DNA of 49,008 nt, taken from positions 1 to 49,008 of the forward strand of contig CAZGIO010000001.1 of the NCBI GenBank assembly GCA_964525975.1. The letters are read 5' to 3'. The DNA comes from an uncultured bacterium. GTDB lineage: Bacteria > Macinerneyibacteriota > Macinerneyibacteria > Macinerneyibacteriales > DSCS01. Position 1 is the first letter of the stretch. Each line of letters starts with the position of its first letter. The notes below the pieces were generated by a model. The model had not been told where the DNA came from. It searched no databases and worked only from the letters and a program-made list of their open reading frames with translations. Below, piece by piece: positions 42,091 through 49,008 of this stretch. Position numbers and translations under genes: made by a program.

Positions 42091-43040
42091 ATCAATCCCG
42101 CCTTCAGTATATCATGCATATGAAGCACACCTTTTACCGCTTTACCTTCTGTCACGACAAGTGAGGTTATATTAAAGTCTTCCATCATCTTTAAAGCATA
42201 AGCTGCCATTCTATCTTCACTTATGGTCTTAGGATTTTTAACCATCACGTCCTTCATCTTCACGCCCTTCAATGAGTCGTTATCTTTCAGAAACCGTTTG
42301 AAGTCGCCGTCGGTAAAAAGACCTAATAGTACACCGTTGTCATCCACCACTGTAGTCAGCCCCTTGCCTTTTGATGAGATCTCATATATGGCTTCCTTGA
42401 GTGTCGTACCGGCTTTTACAGCTGGGATGTCATCCCCTGTCACCATGATATCACCCACAGTAAGCAGCAGTTTCTTGCCCAGGGAGCCCCCTGGATGATA
42501 CAAGGCGAAATCCTCTTCCCTGAAACCTTTTTCTTTCAGAGCAGTTACAGCCAGCATGTCTCCCAGCACAAGGGTAACAGTCGTCGAGGCTGTGGGAGCC
42601 AGGTTCAGTGGACACGCTTCTTTTTCCACAGATATGTCCAGTGTCTCTTCGGCATAAGTGGCCAGGGTGGAATCTTTTTTTCCCGTTATCGCTATGACAG
42701 GTATTCCCATCCGCTTTAATATGGGGAGTATCTTGATCAGTTCTTCTGTCTCGCCGCTGTTTGATATGGCAATGACCATATCTCCTGACTTGACCATACC
42801 CAGGTCACCGTGTGAAGCTTCCGCGGGATGCAGAAAAAATGAGGGTGTGCCGGTGCTTGCCATTGTAGCCGATATCTTTCTGGCAATAAGACCGGATTTA
42901 CCCATTCCAGTAAGCACCACGCTTCCTTCTGTGTTGATTATCATCTCCACACTTCTTAGAAAATGGCTGTCTATCCGTTTTTTTAATTTACCGATGGCTT
43001 CGAGTTCTATCTTAAGCACATTCAAGGCAAAATCTTTCAT
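42087..43040 (-). CDS. kdsD: arabinose-5-phosphate isomerase (KdsD/KpsF)
   Basis: 317 aa. SIS domain (GMGKSG, ISNSGET) followed by tandem CBS domains. Confidence 0.88.
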   Translation of the reverse strand: MKDFALNVLKIELEAIGKLKKRIDSHFLRSVEMIINTEGSVVLTGMGKSGLIARKISATMASTGTPSFFLHPAEASHGDLGMVKSGDMVIAISNSGETEELIKILPILKRMGIPVIAITGKKDSTLATYAEETLDISVEKEACPLNLAPTASTTVTLVLGDMLAVTALKEKGFREEDFALYHPGGSLGKKLLLTVGDIMVTGDDIPAVKAGTTLKEAIYEISSKGKGLTTVVDDNGVLLGLFTDGDFKRFLKDNDSLKGVKMKDVMVKNPKTISEDRMAAYALKMMEDFNITSLVVTEGKAVKGVLHMHDILKAGLI

Positions 43041-43859
43041 CTACAGCTCCTTAATAACATCATCTATCCTGACAAGGGTCTCAAGGTAATCTTCCATCAT
43101 ATCAAGGGGAACCATATTGGGACCGTCTGACATGGCTTTTCCTGGATCAGGGTGGACTTCCATAAAAATCCCTGCGATGCCCGCAGTAAGCGCAGCCTTG
43201 GCAAGGGGCAGGACATATTCTCTGTTTCCTCCGCTTGTGCTGCCCAGTCCCCCGGGCTGCTGCACACTGTGTGTGGCGTCAAATATCAAAGGATATCCCG
43301 TCTCGCGCATCACCTCAAGTGACCTTATATCTGTAACCAGGTTGTTGTATCCGAAAGATGCTCCCCTTTCAGTAAGGAGTATGTTCCGGTTCCCTGTGGA
43401 TTCCACTTTCTTGACCACATGTCTCATATCCCAGGGAGCTAAAAACTGTCCCTTCTTGATATTGACTGTTGCACCGGTCCTGCCCGCAGCAACGAGCAGG
43501 TCTGTCTGTCTGCATAAAAACGCGGGTATCTGGATAATATCAGCCACCTGGGCGGCATACTCAGCCTGCATCTCATTATGTACGTCTGTAAGCACAGGGA
43601 GATCAAACTCGTTTTTCACTTTTTCCAGTATTTTCATACCCTTTTCCAGACCCGGACCTCTATATGAGTCTATGGAAGACCTGTTTGCCTTATCAAAAGA
43701 GGCTTTAAAGACATAATCTATGCCTTTTTTTTCAGTTACAGCTTTCATCTTCTCCGCTATGGCCAAGACATTTTCCACATCTTCTATGACACAAGGGCCG
43801 GCAATGAGAACAAATCTCCTGCTGTTTGAAAACAGTATGTTTCCCGTCTTTACATCCAT
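43041..43859 (-). CDS. kdsA: 3-deoxy-8-phosphooctulonate (KDO-8-P) synthase
   Basis: 272 aa. Motifs KASFDKANRSS, QIPAFLCRQTDL, FDATHSVQQPGG. Confidence 0.92.
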   Translation of the reverse strand: MDVKTGNILFSNSRRFVLIAGPCVIEDVENVLAIAEKMKAVTEKKGIDYVFKASFDKANRSSIDSYRGPGLEKGMKILEKVKNEFDLPVLTDVHNEMQAEYAAQVADIIQIPAFLCRQTDLLVAAGRTGATVNIKKGQFLAPWDMRHVVKKVESTGNRNILLTERGASFGYNNLVTDIRSLEVMRETGYPLIFDATHSVQQPGGLGSTSGGNREYVLPLAKAALTAGIAGIFMEVHPDPGKAMSDGPNMVPLDMMEDYLETLVRIDDVIKEL

Positions 43860-43921
43860 GGCATACCTCCGTTCAAGGCCGTTTAATTACTTGAAAATCA
43901 TACCATAACACGCTTTTCATG

Positions 43922-46900
43922 TCAATGAGACGTATCATACAGCAGCACAAATGGGCGGTCTCCACCGGCCCTTATCCGTGTGGCTGTCTTGACGGAGACA
44001 ACAGCCCCCTCTTTTTCCCTCAGATATGAAAATATTACCTCAGGGCAGGTTCCGTTCCCGAAACCTTTTAGCGAGAGTATAGAGTATGGTATTTCTTCAT
44101 CCCCTGTCACCGCAAGCCCCAGTTCGCCTCCTGTAAATTCAGCCCAGTCATGGGCATCGATCGTTGATACTATCAGAGCCGCCACACCTTCTTTTTCAGC
44201 CTCTTCCATGATGGTCAGGGTAAGTTTCCCTTCATAAAAACCCACTGCGCCCTCTCTATCCCAACTTCCAGGTTTATATTCATACAACCTGCCGAAGATA
44301 TTTTTACCGAAAGCAATGGATCCCGAGATCTTATCACCCTCGGCTTTCAGGTATAGGTCGGTCTCATCATGTATGGATGAGATCTTACCACGCGCCCATG
44401 CATGGAAATCCACTTCCCTGTTCTGATATTCTATGGTCACCTCACCTGTCTTCCTGTCGATGGAAGTGATTATCCCGGGTCCCGGCGCCTTCAGCCGGTC
44501 ATATTCACGCATATAAAGGGTAGACTGAGTCAGAGAAAGCAGATGCACACCCTTTTCAACATAATCACCCTTGCGGTACTGCAGCATCCCCTCCACTGAA
44601 CGGGGCCGCACTCCACATAATTCCGCCACTGGTATGACCATGGGTTCCCTGGAATAATGGAGCTCCTCCTCTAAGACGATCATCCCCGTCTCCTCGATCA
44701 CCTTCACCACACCGCTTATGGTAGAACGCACCTTCTCACGTCTCCCTGCGATGACACCGTTGAAGATAATATCTCCCGTTGTCACTTTATCTCCCTTTTT
44801 CACCACGACGCCCGCAGCGGCTTCTTCTGAGGATATATTGTCCGCGATCCCTTTAAGTCTGCGTCTTATATCTATGATATAGATCCGCGGAGGCATCTTC
44901 ATGGCGGTGCCTATCTTCTGACCGCATTCCACGATATCACCTTTCTTCACATGCATGATGCCGCGAAACGGCAGCGAGATGGACAACTCTTCCTCCACAT
45001 TTTTTTCCAAGACAGGATCCGCTCCTTCCACGGCTGCTTCATAGTCGCTGTCTGTGGCAAACATCCTCAGATGTTCAGACAGCATGGTGCCGTCATACTG
45101 TTTTTCACGTCCTCTGCAGTCGATGAGAAGAGGCAGGCTTGTATCCACTTCGATCTCTTTCCTGTTTTTATATATCTCGCTTCCCTTCTCAGCTATGATC
45201 TTAGCTTTGAGTCCCCTGGGGTAATAGAGCACTTCTCCCCACCGCACCTGAGCTGATATTGAGTCATCGATTTCTGTAAGCTTCAACACATTCCTGCCTT
45301 TTGTGTATTTTCCCGAGGGAGCCACCACCATGCCCACCTTTTTCAACACTTCATCCCTGTAGACTTCATAGGCTTTTTCCTTGTCCACAGCTGCGAACAA
45401 TCCCATGTGAGGAGATCGGAACCCCCGGTCATACATTATATTGCTGATACCTGAAGGGAGAAAAGCGTCTGCCAGCATGAGAAATATGGATTCCTCGTCG
45501 CCTGTATGTGATATAACACCACCTGATCCCACATAAGTATCAATATCTGTTAGTTGAAAAATCTTATCCTCCGATTCCATATAAAGCAGGGACATAAATT
45601 TATCCCGTTCCTTATCATCACGCAACTTCTCAAGGAAACCTACCCTTTTTTCCCTGAAGGACATCTCCATATGCTGTTTCCACGCTTCACGGATCCCCGC
45701 CACAGCCAAAGCGCGTTCCACAGCTATCTCATTTTTTTTCACAGGTATATATCCGGGGGTTATCATCTTGCTGTATACATATTCCCGGATATAAGGACTG
45801 TTCATCCCTGTCATGAGCGATATCTTCTCCACACCTTCGGTTTCCAGTATCTTACCCAGGGAATAACTCATCCCCAGGTGAGCAGCTACTGTCCTGCTGT
45901 ATTCACCGATTATATTGGAGTAAATATCTGTGGTCGCTCCTCCTATGTCTGCGAGAGCGATGTTTTTCCTCTCATGTTCTCCATACAGAGACAATATGCG
46001 CTCCACCCCCGCAGGGGTGGGCATGAGGTTTCCCGAAGTCCATTTTTTGATCCTGGAATATCCCGGGGCTCTTTCCATGACTTTTTCAAGGAATATCTCC
46101 CGGATCCTGCGCTTTGCGGGAAACATGTTCATGGTCTCCAGGTCAGGCCTTATGTTTTCCACGGTCTCCACCTCAAACTGATCACCCAGGGTCTCTTTTA
46201 CTGTCTCGGCAGCGGCACTGTTCCCTGCATATATTACAGGAAGCTTTCCCGTATGCTTCGCTGAAGGACTTGAGAGTGACAATATCTCAGCAAGTCTTAT
46301 CACCGATATTACATTCCCCCCCTCCACGCCGCCGGAAAACAGCACCATATCCGCTGATACCCTCTTCATATTCAGTATCCTCTGGACTACTGGCATCTCA
46401 TCATCGATGGTATATGTCCTTATGATGACTCCTCCTGCCCCATTAGCTGTCATCTCAGCGACCAGACCTGTATCAGTGGATGAGACGCCGAAAACAATGA
46501 TCTGCAGTCCTCCTCCAGCTGAGCTTGTTGCCATAATCGGTATCACCGGCGCGTTGTTCTGAACCAGCTTCCTGCCGTAAGCACCTCCCAGTTCTTCCAT
46601 TGCGTCTATAACTCCCCTGGATACATCGTTTCCTCCTGAGACCGCTGTTGTGGGCACATAAGACTCTGCTTTAATTACAAAGAGGCCTTTATCGTCTTTT
46701 TCAAGGAGCATGGCTTTTGTCGCTGTACTGCCTATATCAATCAGAGCAAAAATATTGCCGTTTCCCACATCAAAATACTTTTCGTCCCAGAAAAGGTCGT
46801 CCAGTGTGGATTCCAAAGCCCTGGCAATAGACATGCATACTTTAAGGGACGGATTAAAGCGTTCGCTTTCTATGAGAGCTATAGTCTGCCTGCTGATACC

Positions 46901-46972
46901 TGTCTTTTCAGCAAGCTGAGCCTGGCTCAGTTTCATTGCTTTTCTTCTGATTTTAACATTCAGACCAAACAT
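43922..46972 (-). CDS. multidomain fusion: XRE-type HTH + GlmL/MutL-family (glutamate mutase L-like, actin-fold) ATPase + ~470-aa C-terminal region with repeated barrel-sandwich (lipoyl-like) hairpins
   Basis: AAGGAGG SD. aa 1-65 match XRE HTH (KLSQAQLAEKTGISRQTIALIESERFNP). aa ~75-545 carry GlmL/MutL hallmarks LIDIGSTATKA, ATSSAGGGL, LFSGGVEGGN, PVIYAGN, MPTPAGV, ADIGGATTDIYS. The C-terminus has KKGDIVECGQKIG, KKGDKVTTGDIIF and RKGDYVEKGVHLL. Confidence 0.75.
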   Translation of the reverse strand: MFGLNVKIRRKAMKLSQAQLAEKTGISRQTIALIESERFNPSLKVCMSIARALESTLDDLFWDEKYFDVGNGNIFALIDIGSTATKAMLLEKDDKGLFVIKAESYVPTTAVSGGNDVSRGVIDAMEELGGAYGRKLVQNNAPVIPIMATSSAGGGLQIIVFGVSSTDTGLVAEMTANGAGGVIIRTYTIDDEMPVVQRILNMKRVSADMVLFSGGVEGGNVISVIRLAEILSLSSPSAKHTGKLPVIYAGNSAAAETVKETLGDQFEVETVENIRPDLETMNMFPAKRRIREIFLEKVMERAPGYSRIKKWTSGNLMPTPAGVERILSLYGEHERKNIALADIGGATTDIYSNIIGEYSRTVAAHLGMSYSLGKILETEGVEKISLMTGMNSPYIREYVYSKMITPGYIPVKKNEIAVERALAVAGIREAWKQHMEMSFREKRVGFLEKLRDDKERDKFMSLLYMESEDKIFQLTDIDTYVGSGGVISHTGDEESIFLMLADAFLPSGISNIMYDRGFRSPHMGLFAAVDKEKAYEVYRDEVLKKVGMVVAPSGKYTKGRNVLKLTEIDDSISAQVRWGEVLYYPRGLKAKIIAEKGSEIYKNRKEIEVDTSLPLLIDCRGREKQYDGTMLSEHLRMFATDSDYEAAVEGADPVLEKNVEEELSISLPFRGIMHVKKGDIVECGQKIGTAMKMPPRIYIIDIRRRLKGIADNISSEEAAAGVVVKKGDKVTTGDIIFNGVIAGRREKVRSTISGVVKVIEETGMIVLEEELHYSREPMVIPVAELCGVRPRSVEGMLQYRKGDYVEKGVHLLSLTQSTLYMREYDRLKAPGPGIITSIDRKTGEVTIEYQNREVDFHAWARGKISSIHDETDLYLKAEGDKISGSIAFGKNIFGRLYEYKPGSWDREGAVGFYEGKLTLTIMEEAEKEGVAALIVSTIDAHDWAEFTGGELGLAVTGDEEIPYSILSLKGFGNGTCPEVIFSYLREKEGAVVSVKTATRIRAGGDRPFVLLYDTSH

Positions 46973-46992
46973 TAAGACCTCCTTTTGTAAAA

Positions 46993-47015
46993 TATATTAT
47001 ACAATATATAATATA
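46993..47015. promoter_or_regulatory. perfect 9-5-9 inverted repeat, candidate operator for the HTH fusion protein
   Basis: TATATTATA-CAATA-TATAATATA. It overlaps a minus-strand TATAAT (46996-47001) located 24 nt upstream of the start codon of the HTH gene. Confidence 0.3.
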
Positions 47016-47040
47016 ATTACATTCAGCATCTATGTAAACA

Positions 47041-47068
47041 TTGAAATGTCATTTTATTTAAATATAAT
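47041..47068 (+). promoter_or_regulatory. sigma70 promoter positioned for a leaderless HAD-hydrolase mRNA
   Basis: TTGAAA (47041-47046), 16-nt spacer, TATAAT (47063-47068), then 6 nt (TGCCTT) to ATG 47075. No SD. Confidence 0.55.
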
Positions 47069-47074
47069 TGCCTT

Positions 47075-47770
47075 ATGAAATATCTTTTTCTCTTTGATAT
47101 TGACGGCACAGCCATCCTCATAAACCAGGCGGGCTCTCATGCCTTTAAAGAGGCTCTCAACCGCCTCTTCGGCTCACTTGACATGTCAGGGCTCACGCTT
47201 AAAGGACATACTGATAAATACGCCTATACAAACATATTGCTGGCCAACGGCTTTTCTCACAATACAATAGATACATATTGGGAAAGTTTCTCCTCTGAGT
47301 TCAGCGGCATACTGGAACATATCTCCCGCTGCTACACCTGGAATGAAGTACCCGGCTTTTCCGAATTCTGCAGACTCGCAGACAAAAGCGAAGATATCAC
47401 CATGGGTTACTGCACAGGTAATATGTATCATGGTGCATCAATAAAGATAAGATATGCTGGACTTCCACTTTTTGACATCGGTACTTACGGTGACCAGGGT
47501 ATGACAAAAGAGGAGATCCTGCGCAAAGCCGTCTTCGATTACGGCGCCGGATCATCTGAGGTATTCTATTTCGGCGATACTGAAGCTGATATACTCGCAT
47601 CCCATGCCTGCGGGATCAAATCCATAGCCATAGGAGGCGGTTCAACACCCTTGGACGAACTGGAAGACTTCGGCCCATTCTTATGTTTTGAGGATTACCG
47701 TCCTCTTTTAGCCCTGCCTTTTCCCCATATCCCGGGGTATCCCCTCCCGGTAGATAAGCAGCTTCCCTGA
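47075..47770 (+). CDS. HAD-superfamily hydrolase (phosphoglycolate phosphatase-like)
   Basis: 231 aa. Motif I LFDIDGTAI and motif IV FGDTEADILA. The last ~20 codons overlap the convergent TPK gene. Confidence 0.75.
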   Translation: MKYLFLFDIDGTAILINQAGSHAFKEALNRLFGSLDMSGLTLKGHTDKYAYTNILLANGFSHNTIDTYWESFSSEFSGILEHISRCYTWNEVPGFSEFCRLADKSEDITMGYCTGNMYHGASIKIRYAGLPLFDIGTYGDQGMTKEEILRKAVFDYGAGSSEVFYFGDTEADILASHACGIKSIAIGGGSTPLDELEDFGPFLCFEDYRPLLALPFPHIPGYPLPVDKQLP

Positions 47771-48343
47771 CTCGTAGTATAATATCGTATCTCCAGTCGA
47801 TATATTGCTTAAAGTATAAGAATCACTTTCCGCTTCAGCTGAACTAAGGGGATATTCACACCCTTCCAGGGTTATGCCCCTGCATCTCCCCACAGGAAGT
47901 AAAGAGAAGGTCTCTTCTTTATCCAGGTCAAGCATCCATCGTTTTCCCGGCTTCCTATGGAACAATGTCCCTTGAGGTGAGACAAGATAAATGTCTGTTT
48001 TGAAGTAAAGAGGCATCATCATGTTAAAATAATAGTGGTCAGGACGTCCTCCGGAACCGTTGACCACATATATCTTATCAAATTCTTCAGACAAGATCCT
48101 TGCCGCTTCAAACGTGTCCGAAACGTCTTTTTTTTTATCAAGTCTCACTGTCCTGATCCCTGAAGAGACTTTACCCTGCAGAGAATCCTTGTCCCCGATA
48201 AATATATCCGGTTCGATGCAGGCTTCTATGCACAGATCATAACCGTGGTCCACAGCAGCTATAAGACAACCTGACCAGTCAGCGCCTTTTATGAAGAGCA
48301 ACTCATCTTCCGGAGACCCTGATATGATAACAGCGGTTTTCAC
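47708..48343 (-). CDS. thiN: thiamine pyrophosphokinase
   Basis: 211 aa. GTG start overlapping the upstream stop (GTGA). Motifs AVDHG, IGDKDS, KDVSDTFEA. Confidence 0.8.
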   Translation of the reverse strand: MKTAVIISGSPEDELLFIKGADWSGCLIAAVDHGYDLCIEACIEPDIFIGDKDSLQGKVSSGIRTVRLDKKKDVSDTFEAARILSEEFDKIYVVNGSGGRPDHYYFNMMMPLYFKTDIYLVSPQGTLFHRKPGKRWMLDLDKEETFSLLPVGRCRGITLEGCEYPLSSAEAESDSYTLSNISTGDTILYYESGKLLIYREGIPRDMGKRQG

Positions 48344-49008
48344 AAAATCCTCCTGATCTTCGAGGCTTTTGAAAAGATCATCCTGAGAGTCTCCATATCC
48401 ACGGTCTGAGCAGAATCAGACAAACTTTTATCTGGTTCCACATGGGCTTCGATCATCAGGCCGTCAGCCCCTGCCGCTATACCGCTCAAAGCGGTGCTCT
48501 CCACCCTGTCCCGCCGCCCGGTCACATGGGAAGGGTCCAGTATAACAGGAAAAGACGTCCTCTCTTTTATCTCCATTATTGAAGTTGCGTCGAATGAAAA
48601 GCGCGAATGCCCCTGAAACGTCCGGATCCCCCTTTCGCAGATGATAATATCCTTACACCCTGCGTCTGTAAGATGATCCACGGAATGGAGAAGTTCGTCT
48701 ATGGTACTCATAAAACCGCGTTTTAACAATACTCTCCTGCCTGTCATGCCGGCTTCGCGGAGAAGAACAAAATTCTGCATATTTCTCGCTCCGATCTGTA
48801 TAATATCCACATGCTGGGCAAAAAAATCCGCCATACGGTAATCTGTCATCTCCGACACACTGGTGAGTCCATATCTTTCAGCCGCTTTTTCCAGCATAAG
48901 AATGCCCTTTTTGCCGATGCCCGGAAAAGTATAAGGCGAAGTCCTGGGCTTGAACTGACCCGACAGGGTTTCTGGAAGATCATCAAAAAATATGGCCTGC
49001 AGGCAGGC
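48340..49008 (-). CDS. 3-deoxy-7-phosphoheptulonate (DAHP) synthase, class I-beta type, 5' end outside window
   Basis: The reading frame is open to the window edge. My translation upstream of the ORF-track Met gives ...SGQFKPRTSPYTFPGIGKKGILMLEK. Further motifs IQIGARNMQN and ILDPSHVTG. Confidence 0.8.
   Translation of the reverse strand, partial: ACLQAIFFDDLPETLSGQFKPRTSPYTFPGIGKKGILMLEKAAERYGLTSVSEMTDYRMADFFAQHVDIIQIGARNMQNFVLLREAGMTGRRVLLKRGFMSTIDELLHSVDHLTDAGCKDIIICERGIRTFQGHSRFSFDATSIMEIKERTSFPVILDPSHVTGRRDRVESTALSGIAAGADGLMIEAHVEPDKSLSDSAQTVDMETLRMIFSKASKIRRIL

Noticed and set aside
43872-43895. Inverted repeat TTCAAG-N12-CTTGAA between the HTH-fusion gene and kdsA, considered as a terminator
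   Set aside because: The stem is only 6 bp and AT-rich, the loop is 12 nt and no U-tract follows. It is too weak to call.

Overview
Chromosomal-looking 49-kb segment with no mobile elements, CRISPR arrays or rRNA genes. The gene content (rnfCDGEAB, single-chain pyruvate:ferredoxin oxidoreductase, KDO-8-P pathway kdsA/kdsD/kdsC, lipoproteins) points to an anaerobic diderm bacterium. I cannot assign a taxon from the sequence alone. Plus-strand block 211-22323: acyl-CoA synthetase, greA, rnfCDGEAB-glnA, nifJ, MOSC protein, PtsN-like EIIA, TrmH-like methyltransferase, 2-hydroxyacid dehydrogenase, mgtE, recO, then a soluble histidine kinase, lplA, two tandem REC-GAF-PAS response-regulator paralogues and two tRNA-Val genes. 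Minus-strand block 22638-46972 starts with osmC. Next is a long operon (STAS antagonist, RsbW-like kinase, PIN-PhoH2, upp, uraA, phosphohexomutase) that ends in a clean intrinsic terminator. Then comes an envelope operon: an AsmA/YdbH-like protein split by a frameshift, a YdbL/DUF1318-like lipoprotein, a ~2,312-aa PD40-TPR-CHAT lipoprotein and a NUDIX hydrolase. The block finishes with valS-kdsC-kdsD-kdsA and a 1,016-aa fusion of an XRE HTH, a GlmL/MutL-type ATPase and barrel-sandwich modules. The window ends with a HAD hydrolase, thiamine pyrophosphokinase and a DAHP synthase truncated by the edge. Best candidates for something undescribed: (1) the YdbH-like / YdbL-like / giant extracytoplasmic CHAT-protease operon; (2) the giant HTH-GlmL fusion with a candidate operator; (3) an orphan partner-switching pair built into a PhoH2 operon; (4) the output-less REC-GAF-PAS pair next to a soluble kinase. 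All domain calls come from motif recognition by eye, and none has been verified by a database search.
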